Below the pieces are notes generated by a model, which was not told where the DNA came from, did no database searches, and saw only the letters and a program-made list of their open reading frames with translations. Positions 49,818 through 60,061 of a stretch of 64,000 bases of DNA are shown here, one piece after another. Position 1 is the first letter of the stretch. Each line of letters starts with the position of its first letter. Source of the stretch: Bacteriovoracia bacterium (lineage in GTDB: Bacteria > Bdellovibrionota > Bacteriovoracia > Bacteriovoracales > Bacteriovoracaceae); assembly GCA_046570105.1 (NCBI GenBank), contig JBKHVI010000001.1:115013-179012 (forward strand). Direction: 5' to 3'. The translations under genes were made by a program, and so were the position numbers.

Positions 49818-49852
49818 GTGTCTCTTCTCCTGCCTTCGATGGCGTAAAGTTT

Positions 49853-50629
49853 TTAGTTAAGACCCAACGAACTCCAAAGCGCCTCGTAATCCTGGCGGCC
49901 CTTAGAATTCGCACCAAATTTGAATACCGGCTTTTTCAAAGCCACTGATTCTTGCATCTCAACCAAGTTACGAATAACCGGAGTGACACTGAAGCTCTGA
50001 CCCAATTCTTCCAAACGCTGACGCTCGATTTTTCTGCGAGGATTCACCATGCTTGGAACAATCGCGAACTCGAGAGATGGATTTTCCGATTCTTTGATGA
50101 TCTCAAAAGTATCCATCAATTCTTCCAAACCATCGATTGAGTAGTCTTGTGCCTGAGTTGGAATCAAAATTTTATCAGAAGCTACCAAGCTCATAATCAA
50201 TTCATCACCGAGCATTGGAGGAGTGTCGATGACAACGTAATCAAATTGTCCTTCGACTTCTTTCAAACGAAGCTTCAGGAGGCGCTCTTTGCGGCCGGCA
50301 TTACGACGAACTTCTGCTTCTGAAAGAATCAAAAGTTTTGCCAAGTTTGCCATGTGCCGAGAAGCAGGAATGAGTTTAATGTTTTTGGTGTAAGGCTCAT
50401 CACCTTCAACTGGCAGCATGATCTCTTCAGCTTTGACGTCGCCGATGAGCCACTCAGGAATAAGCGTACGTTGAATATTAATTCCCAATGTAGAACTCAA
50501 GTTTGCCTGTGAGTCGAGATCAATGACTAAAACCTTGTTTCCAAGATTGGCCAAATGACAAACAAGCTGGAAGCTACACATGGTTTTACCCACGCCGCCT
50601 TTGTTGTTACCTACCGTGATAACTTTCAT
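49853..50629 (-). CDS. ParA/Soj-family ATPase
   Basis: NNKGGVGKT, IDLDSQAN and IDTPP motifs. Confidence 0.93.
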   Translation of the reverse strand: MKVITVGNNKGGVGKTMCSFQLVCHLANLGNKVLVIDLDSQANLSSTLGINIQRTLIPEWLIGDVKAEEIMLPVEGDEPYTKNIKLIPASRHMANLAKLLILSEAEVRRNAGRKERLLKLRLKEVEGQFDYVVIDTPPMLGDELIMSLVASDKILIPTQAQDYSIDGLEELMDTFEIIKESENPSLEFAIVPSMVNPRRKIERQRLEELGQSFSVTPVIRNLVEMQESVALKKPVFKFGANSKGRQDYEALWSSLGLN

Positions 50630-50823
50630 AGCCAGTCCTCCCGACAACAGCTTGGTGATTCTTATGCTTTAAGTCTAAGGGCCATTTTCTCGCTTCGTCA
50701 AAGGCCAACTCAATAAAAATGCTCAGTTTATGCGGTCAGGCCAGCCAGGTGCAGCATACGGCCGCGCGTTATGTCTATCTCGAGGTTTCTAGCTTGTGTC
50801 AGAAATGCTAGAAATGCCCCACT

Positions 50824-51939
50824 ATGATGAACATCTACGACTCCCTTGAACCACAAGGTCACATCTCACCTGTTTTGGAATCTGAACTGAGTGATCAACA
50901 AGTTTTAAAAGAGCTTACGGCCCTGCGCCAAGAACTTGGGCCTCGCGTTGTGGTTTTGGGTCACCACTACCAACAAGACGACGTGATTTCTTTTGCTGAT
51001 ATCACCGGTGACTCACTGGAGCTTGCTCGTCACGCCGCTAAACTGAGTGACGAGACCGAATACATTGTGTTCTGTGGTGTGCACTTCATGGCGGAAACCG
51101 CTGACATGCTCACGGCCGGAAAAAAGAAAGTTATTCTTCCCGATTTGCGCGCCGGATGTTCCATGGCCGATATGGCCAATCGTCAAGACATCGATCGCGC
51201 TTGGGAATTTTTAACTAAACATTCAAGCGGTAAGATCACTCCCATCACTTACATCAACTGTGCTGCCTCACTTAAATCTTTTGTCGGTGAAAATGGCGGA
51301 GCGATTTGTACTTCATCGAATGCCGAAAAAATTATCACCTGGGGTCTATCGCAAGGGGAAAAACTTTTATTCTTCCCTGACCAACACTTAGGCCGCAACA
51401 CCTGTTTTAAATTAGGCATCCCGCTGAGTGAGATGGTGGTCTACGACCCACGCCGCGAAAATGGCGGGCTGACTGCAGAACAAGTGAAAAATGCCAAAGT
51501 CATTTTGTGGTACGGCTACTGTTCAGTTCACCAGGGATTTACCCGCGAACATATTCAGATGTGGCGTAAGAAAGATCCGGAGCGCACTTTGATTGTTCAT
51601 CCGGAATGCTCATTTGATGTGGTTCAAGGAGCTGATCTTGCTGGTTCGACCAGTTTTATCATCAATCATATTCAAGCTGCCCCAAAAGGCGCGAAGTTTG
51701 CTGTCGGAACAGAGATTAATTTAGTGAATCGCCTGGCGCAGAGATTTCCTGACAAAGATATTCAATCACTCTCACCCTATCAATGTCTGTGCACAACGAT
51801 GTATCGTATACGTCCACGCTGGATGCTTGAGAGTTTCCGCGCCATTAAAAAAAATGAGCCGGTCAACGTTATTCGCGTAGATGAAGAAACTCGCAAGTGG
51901 AGCCTGGTGGCCCTTGAAAGAATGCTGGAGATCGTATGA
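50824..51939 (+). CDS. nadA: Quinolinate synthase
   Basis: GHHYQ, GDSL.LA, FCGVHFMAE, GCSMADM, YINC, PDQHLG and HPEC motifs. Confidence 0.96.
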   Translation: MMNIYDSLEPQGHISPVLESELSDQQVLKELTALRQELGPRVVVLGHHYQQDDVISFADITGDSLELARHAAKLSDETEYIVFCGVHFMAETADMLTAGKKKVILPDLRAGCSMADMANRQDIDRAWEFLTKHSSGKITPITYINCAASLKSFVGENGGAICTSSNAEKIITWGLSQGEKLLFFPDQHLGRNTCFKLGIPLSEMVVYDPRRENGGLTAEQVKNAKVILWYGYCSVHQGFTREHIQMWRKKDPERTLIVHPECSFDVVQGADLAGSTSFIINHIQAAPKGAKFAVGTEINLVNRLAQRFPDKDIQSLSPYQCLCTTMYRIRPRWMLESFRAIKKNEPVNVIRVDEETRKWSLVALERMLEIV

Positions 51940-53072
51940 TTTATGCTGATGCCAATGGATCACTGCCGCTTTTACCTGAAGTAAAAGAATATCTCGCTAC
52001 ACGCATTCCTGCTCCTCTCTATGCCAATCCTAATGCCATACATTCATTAGGAACAAAAATTAAGATGGGTATGGAAAAGAGCCGCAAAATTGCAGCGGAT
52101 GTTTTGGGAGCAAACTTTAATCAAGTCATTTGGACTTCGGGTGCTTCTGAATCTCTTTCAACAGTTTTTCATCACATCTTGCTGCCAAAGAAAAATAAGA
52201 ACGTCATTTACTGCTCACCCATTGAACATGCCGCTGTTCTCGCAGCGATGGATTACTATCGCGCGACTTGGGATTACGAAGTGCGCTTCATGCCAGTTGA
52301 TCTCGACGGTATGATTGATTTTGCTTGGCTCTCTTCGCAGAATCACGACAACACCGCCATGATCGTTTGTATGGCCGCTAATAACGAAACCGGCGTGATT
52401 CAACCATGGCCACAAATCCGTGACCTCGCCAAAAAGTGCGTGACACCTTTTGTCTGTGATACCACGCAGATTATTGGGCGACTGCCCTTTCATTTTGAAG
52501 AGTCGGGTCTCGATTGGGCGATGGCCTCTGGCCACAAACTCGGCGCTCTTCCCGGAACAGGTTTTTTACTCGCGCGTGATCCAGGAGCGTTGAAGCCCAT
52601 CATCTTTGGCGGTGGACAAGAAAACGGACTGCGCGGAGGTACACAGAATTATCTCGGCGTAGAAACTCTCGCCGTCGCGATGCAAACCTTTGCTAAAAAA
52701 TTAGCCACTCTCGAGCAGCACAATGTGTGGCGAGAAGAACTTGAAAGCTCTCTTCCTAAAGAAGCCGTCATCATTGGAAAAAAATATCCGCGCCTTCCTT
52801 GCACCACTTTGGTGGGATTTCCTGGTGTCCACGGTCAAGGTGTACAAATTGAATTAGAGTCACAAGATATCTTTGTCACGACATCGAGTGCGTGCAGCGA
52901 CAATGAACCGGCCACCAGTAAAGTTTTGCGTGCCATGAAAGTTGATGATGTATTGGGGCGTTCAGTGGTTCGTTTAAGCTTGGCCCTCACCGCGACTCAT
53001 ACTGATTACCAGAATCTCACACAAGCATTACTCTCCGCTTATCAAAAACTAACGCGTATCAAGGCATATTAA
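51936..53072 (+). CDS. Cysteine desulfurase (NifS/IscS-like)
   Basis: IEH, ANNETG, SGHKLG (PLP Lys), GLRGGT and SACS motifs. Confidence 0.92.
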   Translation: MIYADANGSLPLLPEVKEYLATRIPAPLYANPNAIHSLGTKIKMGMEKSRKIAADVLGANFNQVIWTSGASESLSTVFHHILLPKKNKNVIYCSPIEHAAVLAAMDYYRATWDYEVRFMPVDLDGMIDFAWLSSQNHDNTAMIVCMAANNETGVIQPWPQIRDLAKKCVTPFVCDTTQIIGRLPFHFEESGLDWAMASGHKLGALPGTGFLLARDPGALKPIIFGGGQENGLRGGTQNYLGVETLAVAMQTFAKKLATLEQHNVWREELESSLPKEAVIIGKKYPRLPCTTLVGFPGVHGQGVQIELESQDIFVTTSSACSDNEPATSKVLRAMKVDDVLGRSVVRLSLALTATHTDYQNLTQALLSAYQKLTRIKAY

Positions 53073-54778
53073 TGAATTGGATAGTCGCACTCTTGTTGTT
53101 GAGTTCCTGCACTCTGTTCAAAAAGAACAATGAGAAAGCCCATGGTCACTCACAACTCTACAGTGATCCTGAAACCGATAACGCTGTTTCAATATCATCA
53201 AACGAGAAACGCTTAGTGATTGTGGCGACTCATGATCTGAAAGGTCGGCTCGAGGCCCACCAAGTGAAAGTTGAAGACGTTCACTCTCCGGAAAAAACGC
53301 TGATCTCTGTCGGTGGTCTCGAAGTTTTTGCGCGCTATTTAGAAATCTTGCGGGAAACCTATCCATCTGAAGTCGTGTTAGTAGATTCAGGAAACTCTAT
53401 TGCTGGTTCATTCTTAGCGCGCGAGTCGCGCGGCAATGCCATTTTTGCCACTTATGAACAGATGAAATACGATGCCGTTTCATTAGCAGCTCCTGATCTT
53501 TCAGCTGGCCCCAAACTCAAAACATCAGCTCCCGCCAACAAATGGCTTCCCGAAATCATCAAGCGCTACGAAACACCACTGGTGACCAGTAACTTGATTG
53601 ATCTTAAAACCACACGCCCAGTCGAATGGGGAAAAAGCACTCCGCAACTTTTAAAAGAAATTAACGGCGTTAAAGTTGGTTTTGTTTCGCTCTTCCCGGA
53701 TGATCTGCCTAAAAAACTCGGCGCTGGTGTGTTGAATGGTTTGTATATTGAGCCTGCCATTCAAGCCCTGTTAAAACAAACACGGGCCCTTCGTCTTAAA
53801 GGTGCCAACGTCATCATCATGACCATGTATGGTGGACTTAAATGTGGCCATGAGCGAGCACTCAAAAAAAATATTCCGGTCAGCAAAGTCAATTTCGATC
53901 CTAAAGATCCTTCCGCTTGTGATCTCGATAGTCCACTTGGCAAATTCCTGCAAGAAATCCCACCAGGAAGTGTGGATGTGGTGATTACTGGCGGAGCAAC
54001 GAACAAAGTCGCAAACTTTGTGAATGGTATTCCGGTTATTCAGGCGTTTAATGACGGTAACTCTTTTGCCCGCGTGGATTTAGTGTGGCACACACGTGAC
54101 AACGCTATTGTGACGGAGAAGACTCTCATCCATCAGCCGACACGTTTATGTCATCGCTTCTTTAAGAAAACCGAAGACTGCTACACTGAAGACACTTCAG
54201 TCGATCATCGTGAACAGATTCCGGCACGCTACTTAAATCAATTAATCTTTCCAGAACCAGCGACCGCCCAATGGATGAATACTTGGCGCGACATCTTGGC
54301 ACAAAACATGGGGCCGATTCTATTTAATGAAAAAAACTTTGAGCCTACCCAAGAGTTGGCCGAAGCTATCCTGAATTCAACAGCTGCTGATGTGTCATTA
54401 GTTGGTGGAAAATCTTGGTCGCTGCGTTTTCCAGCAGGGAGAATCGGCTGGCGAGAAATTTTCAAACAGAAAAGTGCGCGTGAAAATATTCAACTCATCC
54501 AACTCTCCGGTAGTGAACTGAATCAGATCAAAGAAGCCCTGACTGACAAGCACTGGTGGGCCTATCCAGGAAATTGGGACGATTTGATATTAGAATCAGA
54601 AGTGACACTCGCGGTGAATGCTCAATTGTGGAATCGCATTGTGACGCTGACACAACTTAGCAAAGAAGTTGAATTAGCCGATTTCATCGTGGCAGATACT
54701 ATCGTGACCTGGCAGCAAGACAGCGTAAGCGCTCGAGCTAGCGGCAGATCGCCTGCTCTCCCACACACTCAACCTTAA
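53072..54778 (+). CDS. 5'-nucleotidase/metallophosphoesterase-fold lipoprotein with degenerate metal ligands
   Basis: Lipobox LSSC; THDLKG, VDSGN, SLAAPD (in place of GNHE) and TGGAT (in place of GHxH). Confidence 0.7.
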   Translation: MNWIVALLLLSSCTLFKKNNEKAHGHSQLYSDPETDNAVSISSNEKRLVIVATHDLKGRLEAHQVKVEDVHSPEKTLISVGGLEVFARYLEILRETYPSEVVLVDSGNSIAGSFLARESRGNAIFATYEQMKYDAVSLAAPDLSAGPKLKTSAPANKWLPEIIKRYETPLVTSNLIDLKTTRPVEWGKSTPQLLKEINGVKVGFVSLFPDDLPKKLGAGVLNGLYIEPAIQALLKQTRALRLKGANVIIMTMYGGLKCGHERALKKNIPVSKVNFDPKDPSACDLDSPLGKFLQEIPPGSVDVVITGGATNKVANFVNGIPVIQAFNDGNSFARVDLVWHTRDNAIVTEKTLIHQPTRLCHRFFKKTEDCYTEDTSVDHREQIPARYLNQLIFPEPATAQWMNTWRDILAQNMGPILFNEKNFEPTQELAEAILNSTAADVSLVGGKSWSLRFPAGRIGWREIFKQKSARENIQLIQLSGSELNQIKEALTDKHWWAYPGNWDDLILESEVTLAVNAQLWNRIVTLTQLSKEVELADFIVADTIVTWQQDSVSARASGRSPALPHTQP

Positions 54779-55559
54779 GTCCCGGCAAACAATAAACATG
54801 GGAGTTATCCCCACGACACGTGAAGGTTTGGCGCAAGCGCTGCCAAGTTACTCCACGCTCACAGGCCGGCTGATTCTTTTCTCCACAACGATCAATACCA
54901 CAGTAATAATTCGTCTCCTCGCCCGCTTTGACTCGATAAACTCCAAAGCGACAACGCAAACAGCTGCCATCTTTATAACTGCATGGACTTTGCGGATACT
55001 CATCTTCAATCTTACCCAACAGCTCATCGCCATACTTAATGTCGATAGAAGTATCAGGTGAAAAGAAAAAGACGCCAGGGACTTTGCGCTTCTCCACTGA
55101 TGAATCAAAGAGCTTATTTTCGGAAGACTTAACGGTATTCAGAAACTCTGTTTTCCAGGTATGAACGCGACCTGTTTTATCCGTTAACCAAAATTGCGCC
55201 GTATTTGGTTGCAACACAAATTGAATCGCGCGCAGATTCTGTTCATCGATCCAGCCATCCTTTTCCCACTTATCATCGCAACTCTCCGTCGGACGAACGG
55301 TAATCACTTTTAAAACACCATCTTCTTTATTAGGTATAAAGACCCAGACACAATCTTTCGCCAAACCGTCAATCGCCCGCCCCGCTCTCATAACTGAAAA
55401 TAAGAGCTGCCAAGTTCCTGCGGGCTGCTTTAATACATCTCCCGACTGATAACCGGTATGCTGATCTTGCACACTCATAACAGTGCGCCACTCTTTGCTC
55501 CACTTTTCAACTGAAGCAAATGCGAATAAAGGAATTAGCAGCAAAATAATAAACTTCAT
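54738..55559 (-). CDS. Secreted hypothetical protein with Cys-rich C-terminus
   Basis: Signal peptide; about 11 Cys in the last ~85 aa. Confidence 0.7.
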   Translation of the reverse strand: MKFIILLLIPLFAFASVEKWSKEWRTVMSVQDQHTGYQSGDVLKQPAGTWQLLFSVMRAGRAIDGLAKDCVWVFIPNKEDGVLKVITVRPTESCDDKWEKDGWIDEQNLRAIQFVLQPNTAQFWLTDKTGRVHTWKTEFLNTVKSSENKLFDSSVEKRKVPGVFFFSPDTSIDIKYGDELLGKIEDEYPQSPCSYKDGSCLRCRFGVYRVKAGEETNYYCGIDRCGEKNQPACERGVTWQRLRQTFTCRGDNSHVYCLPGLKVECVGEQAICR

Positions 55560-56773
55560 GGAAAAACCTCGCGATAGCAACGAAACGCTGCCGCTTCACG
55601 ATCTTTCAGTCGAATACCTAGCTGATGAGTCGAATCAGTGGCACTCAAATAGCGATGAGAACCTTTGATCACAAGGCTTGGCTCAACGGTATTTCGTAAA
55701 CGCTCAGGTTCACCACCTAAGACATGAAAAATACCCATCCAGGAGACATTATCACTATGATACGGACGATAAGGTGCCACTCCATTACATTCTTTAATGT
55801 AAGCGAGTCCACAATCTACGGCAGTGGGTTTCCAATCACGATCACGCAAAGCTTTCTCGAAAAAAGTTCCCCGACGATCACGAGTCCATGGAAGCCAGGG
55901 TTTTACAATAAATTCAGGAAGCGGACGATTAATATCAGGTGGAGTCATACTGGCCGCATCCCACAGATGCGCTTCCATCCGACGAGCTCCTCGCCAAGCG
56001 CAGAAGACTTCTTGCTCTTTAATCGAGAGATCAAGCGCTGGTAAGGCGAGAAGTTCCGGTTTGATTTTTTTCTTCTGCCACAAACCGACATCTGCATGGG
56101 TGACGAGAAACTTATCAATAAAAATTTTGCGACCCAAATTATCCCACACCATCTCAAGCGGACGCGTGTCGCGCTCAGGACGAGGTCCATAGGAATAAAT
56201 ACGTTCAGGCAGATAAGTATCGCGACAGGTGTCTTCTAGAATCACTGGCCAGTGACCGACACCTTCGACTTCGATATCCACTAGAACACCGGCATTAGGA
56301 ATTCCAGTAACACCTAAATCTGAGCGGGTGACCCAGCGAGTGTAGCGCTCACCCTCGCCCAGCCAAGCTTCGGCCGGAAAAGATTTTTTCAGACGAATTT
56401 TATATTGTTTGTTTCCGAGTTCGACACTCAATGATTCGGGAACACCGGCTTCGCCGCGCGCCCAGCATTCCAAGTAGCGTGGTTGGCAGCGCAAGAAGGC
56501 CGGTGCGACATTTTCTGAAAATGGAAAATCTCCGCATGCCCACGAGCTTTTTTGGAATTTTCCCTCGCGATCACCCTCTTGCCAGCGCTCCAAAATTTGC
56601 GGCAAACCTGAGAGAACCACTTCCGTCAAAACATCACTTTCTTCACTCTCCATTTGGGGTGAAGAAGTGCGCTGCCAAAACCATACGGTCAAAATGGCCA
56701 GCACCATGCCCACTACGAGGCTTGTGATGATTTTTGGTATACTAGGAGGGAGGGATGGGCCCTTATTTGTCAC
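55556..56773 (-). CDS. Membrane-anchored protein with a divergent FGE-sulfatase-like domain
   Basis: FIDKFLVT, FCAWRGARRMEAHLWD, GIFHVLG and FRCYRE echo FGE-like motifs. Confidence 0.55.
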   Translation of the reverse strand: MTNKGPSLPPSIPKIITSLVVGMVLAILTVWFWQRTSSPQMESEESDVLTEVVLSGLPQILERWQEGDREGKFQKSSWACGDFPFSENVAPAFLRCQPRYLECWARGEAGVPESLSVELGNKQYKIRLKKSFPAEAWLGEGERYTRWVTRSDLGVTGIPNAGVLVDIEVEGVGHWPVILEDTCRDTYLPERIYSYGPRPERDTRPLEMVWDNLGRKIFIDKFLVTHADVGLWQKKKIKPELLALPALDLSIKEQEVFCAWRGARRMEAHLWDAASMTPPDINRPLPEFIVKPWLPWTRDRRGTFFEKALRDRDWKPTAVDCGLAYIKECNGVAPYRPYHSDNVSWMGIFHVLGGEPERLRNTVEPSLVIKGSHRYLSATDSTHQLGIRLKDREAAAFRCYREVFP

Positions 56774-56786
56774 GGGAACAGGCTAT

Positions 56787-58985
56787 ATGAAGTGGGTAGA
56801 AGAAGTAAACAAAGAGCATGGGCGTACAACTTGGACGAGATCTTTTGATGAGTACATGAAGATCTTTGAAAAAGAACCCGCGCGTGAAGTGCGCTCCTCC
56901 AACCTTTACCTCAAAGACATGTTCGATTACTTCGGACGCTCGCCACAAGGAGGATTCAACCTCTTCACTCGCGAACATCCTGACGCACCACCTGTTCATG
57001 GCCAAACCTACGTGCAACAACGCATCTACCTCGCGTTACAAAACTTCATTGAAGAAGGCTTTAACAATAAATTCCTTCTGCTCGTCGGCCCCAACGGTTC
57101 GTCTAAATCAAGTTTGATTAAAAAAATCATGCTCGCCACCGAAGATTACGCCAACACCGATCATGGTTCACTTTGGACTTTCAGTTGGATCTTCCCGATC
57201 GATACGTTCGTTAAAGGAAGTCTCGGTCTCTCCAGTGCGCCGGGTGACAAGCATCTTACTTCCTATGCGTATCTGGAAGACAAAGATATCAGTGCCATTC
57301 TTACAAGTGAGCTGAAAGATCATCCAATGCTCCTCATCCCACAAAAGGCCCGTCACACGCTCATCACCAGTGCGCTTAAAGGTGATCCCGAACGTCTGAA
57401 AGCGGTACAAAAAACATATTTGTGGAATGGTGACCTTTCTCAGCGCAATCGCATGATATTTGATGCTCTTTTGAAAAACCACAAAGGTAATTACGAAGAA
57501 GTTTTCAAGTACATCCGCGTAGAGCGCTTCTTCATTAATCGCCGCTACTCGTCGGGTGCTACCACGATTGAACCGCAACTCCACGTCGACGCAAACATGC
57601 AGCAGATCACCATGGATCGCCGTCTGGCTTCATTGCCGCCATCGCTACAATCCTTGAATCTATTCAGCATGAACGGCGAAGTGGTGCACGCTAACCGCGG
57701 TATTCTCGAATTCTCCGATCTCTTGAAACGCCCACTGGATACTTTCAAATATCTCTTGATGACGATGGAATCAAAAACCATCAACATCGGCGGTATCCTG
57801 ACTGAACTCGATATCTTCTTCATCGGAAGCTCAAACGAGATTCACTTCTCTGCCTTCAAGCAGCACCCAGACTTCAACAGCTTCAAGGGCCGCTTCACTT
57901 TTGTCCGTGTGCCTTATTTGATGAGCTACGCTGACGAAGCGAAAATTTATCACGAACAAGTTTCTAACGTCGCCAACAAGGGCCGCTTCGAACCTCATGC
58001 GCTCGAGACCATCTGTCTTTGGGCGGTAATGAGTCGCATGCGTGCACCTTCTTCACGCAACTACTTTGACGAAAAACTCGGCCGCATCGCTGAAGACCTT
58101 GATCCGATCGAAAAAGCACTCGTCTATGCTCATGGAGAAACTCCTGAGCATCTCGATAGTGAATCTCGTCAAATCCTCAAGATGCATGTGGAAGAGATCG
58201 CGCGCGAGTACGACAACGACGGCATGTACGAAGGGAAATTTGGTATTTCTCCTCGTGAGGTGAAAAGTCTCATTTATGAAATCGCGGATCAAAACTCCTG
58301 CGTGACCTTTGTCGAAGTCCTCGAATCACTCAAAATTCTTGCTGAGAAAAAACAAGACTACGACTTCTTGAATATCACTCCACAAGGTGACTACCATCAT
58401 CCACGCCAACACATCGATCTGATCGAAGAGTACCAATTGCAACTCTTAGACCAAGAGGTGCGAGAATCCTTAGGTCTTGTTGATGAGCGCAGCTACGAAG
58501 ACTATATGGCAAAGTATATTCTTCAAATCAACGCTCTCATTAAAGGCGAGAAAGTTAAAAACCACGTGACTGGAAAATTTGAAGTTCCAGACAATTACTT
58601 CGTCAAAGAATTTGAAACCAACGTCGGTCTCTCGGAAGGTCCTGAGCGCTTCCGCTCAAACCTCATTGCCCGTCTAGGTGCCTACTCACTCGACAACCCA
58701 GGCCGCGCTATCGTTTACAGCGATGTCTTCGATGATATTGTGCGCCAGTTGCAAGAGAGCTTCAGAAAAGAGCAGGCCAAGCAGATCACGCGTGTCGGCA
58801 AGGGGCTGGTGCTTTATCTCGATGAGAAGAAAATGGGCCGTGAATCGACCTCACTCACAACAGAGAATCGTCAACTTATCCGCAATATCCTCGATGGGAT
58901 GGGGAAAAAGTATGGCTATTCCACTGATGGGGCGATAACCCTTCTTCAACATCTCTTAAAGAAGCGCTATGATTCGGCGGCATGA
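56787..58985 (+). CDS. prkA: PrkA/YeaG-family AAA serine protein kinase
   Basis: LLVGPNGSSKS, ANRGILEFSDLLKRP and GISPRE motifs. Confidence 0.85.
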   Translation: MKWVEEVNKEHGRTTWTRSFDEYMKIFEKEPAREVRSSNLYLKDMFDYFGRSPQGGFNLFTREHPDAPPVHGQTYVQQRIYLALQNFIEEGFNNKFLLLVGPNGSSKSSLIKKIMLATEDYANTDHGSLWTFSWIFPIDTFVKGSLGLSSAPGDKHLTSYAYLEDKDISAILTSELKDHPMLLIPQKARHTLITSALKGDPERLKAVQKTYLWNGDLSQRNRMIFDALLKNHKGNYEEVFKYIRVERFFINRRYSSGATTIEPQLHVDANMQQITMDRRLASLPPSLQSLNLFSMNGEVVHANRGILEFSDLLKRPLDTFKYLLMTMESKTINIGGILTELDIFFIGSSNEIHFSAFKQHPDFNSFKGRFTFVRVPYLMSYADEAKIYHEQVSNVANKGRFEPHALETICLWAVMSRMRAPSSRNYFDEKLGRIAEDLDPIEKALVYAHGETPEHLDSESRQILKMHVEEIAREYDNDGMYEGKFGISPREVKSLIYEIADQNSCVTFVEVLESLKILAEKKQDYDFLNITPQGDYHHPRQHIDLIEEYQLQLLDQEVRESLGLVDERSYEDYMAKYILQINALIKGEKVKNHVTGKFEVPDNYFVKEFETNVGLSEGPERFRSNLIARLGAYSLDNPGRAIVYSDVFDDIVRQLQESFRKEQAKQITRVGKGLVLYLDEKKMGRESTSLTTENRQLIRNILDGMGKKYGYSTDGAITLLQHLLKKRYDSAA

Positions 58986-60061
58986 ACCCCGAAATCAAGA
59001 AGAGCTTTCGCGCTGACAAATACGTTGTCGAATACCCCGTTCCACCAGGGGATCATGGCTTGCGTCTTGATGTCTTTGTTCATCAATACATGCCCACGCT
59101 CTCGCGCGAATTCATCAAAAAGAAAATTGAGCAAGGTGATGTCACCATCTCGGGACGCAAACCACCGCATAAATCCTCTACCAAGGTTCATGCCGGCGAA
59201 ATCGTCACCAGCATCACTTACAACACGCCCGCACTTGAAGACGAAGAATGGCACGGCAAACCTCACGACCTCACTGAAGAGCCCGTGGTGGTCTTTGAAG
59301 ACGATAAAATCATCGCCTGTCACAAACCCGCTTTCATGACCACTCACCCCGCTGGCCGCCACCTCTTCTACGTCGCCACCACTTACTTTGCGACTATTCA
59401 CGATAAAGTCATCCACTCCATCCATCGCTTGGATCGAGAAACCAGTGGACTGCTCCTTTTAGGCAAAGATCCTGCGGCTGCCAAACTCATTAGTGAACAT
59501 TTCGAAAACGATCGCATCCGCAAATGCTACTTCTTCATCGCTCACAAAAACCCGAACCACACTCCCATGCCCTTCATAGCAAGAGAGCGCTTGGGTGAAC
59601 GGCCAGGCATGCCTCGTGGGATGCATATGTGCCATCCAGAAACCTCGACAGAGGGAAAAGAAGCTGAAACGGGTTACGAGCTGCTCTTAGAAAAAGACAA
59701 CTACGTCCTCGCTCTCGCCTTTCCGAAGACTGGTCGCCAACATCAAATCCGCTTGCACGCAGCCTTTCATGGCTACCCGCTCTTGGGCGACAAGATGTAT
59801 AACGGTGACCCCACCATCTTCATGCGCTTTAAAGACAAAATCGCTACTCCAGAAGACCACGATAAAATGCAGATCTCGCGCCAAGCACTCCATGCACTAG
59901 CACTCAAAGTTCCCTATCCAGATGAAACGAAACTAACACTCTATCGAGCGCCGTTGGGTGAAGACTTAAAAGTGTGGATGAAAGATAAACTCCAGCTCGA
60001 TCCAAAACAAATCGAAGAGCTTATCGAAGATCGTTTAAAAAACTGGAAAACAGAAAACTAA
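58982..60061 (+). CDS. RluA/RluD-family pseudouridine synthase with S4 domain
   Basis: RLDVF..SR (S4), KP, HRLDRETSG, TGRQHQIR and LHA motifs. Confidence 0.93.
   Translation: MNPEIKKSFRADKYVVEYPVPPGDHGLRLDVFVHQYMPTLSREFIKKKIEQGDVTISGRKPPHKSSTKVHAGEIVTSITYNTPALEDEEWHGKPHDLTEEPVVVFEDDKIIACHKPAFMTTHPAGRHLFYVATTYFATIHDKVIHSIHRLDRETSGLLLLGKDPAAAKLISEHFENDRIRKCYFFIAHKNPNHTPMPFIARERLGERPGMPRGMHMCHPETSTEGKEAETGYELLLEKDNYVLALAFPKTGRQHQIRLHAAFHGYPLLGDKMYNGDPTIFMRFKDKIATPEDHDKMQISRQALHALALKVPYPDETKLTLYRAPLGEDLKVWMKDKLQLDPKQIEELIEDRLKNWKTEN

Noticed and set aside
56667..56786. N-terminal extension of PrkA
   Set aside because: It overlaps the divergent gene; ATG 56787 is more plausible
58967..59425. 152-aa antisense ORF and the many similar shadow ORFs in the track
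   Set aside because: They lie antisense or out of frame within well-supported genes and carry no motifs
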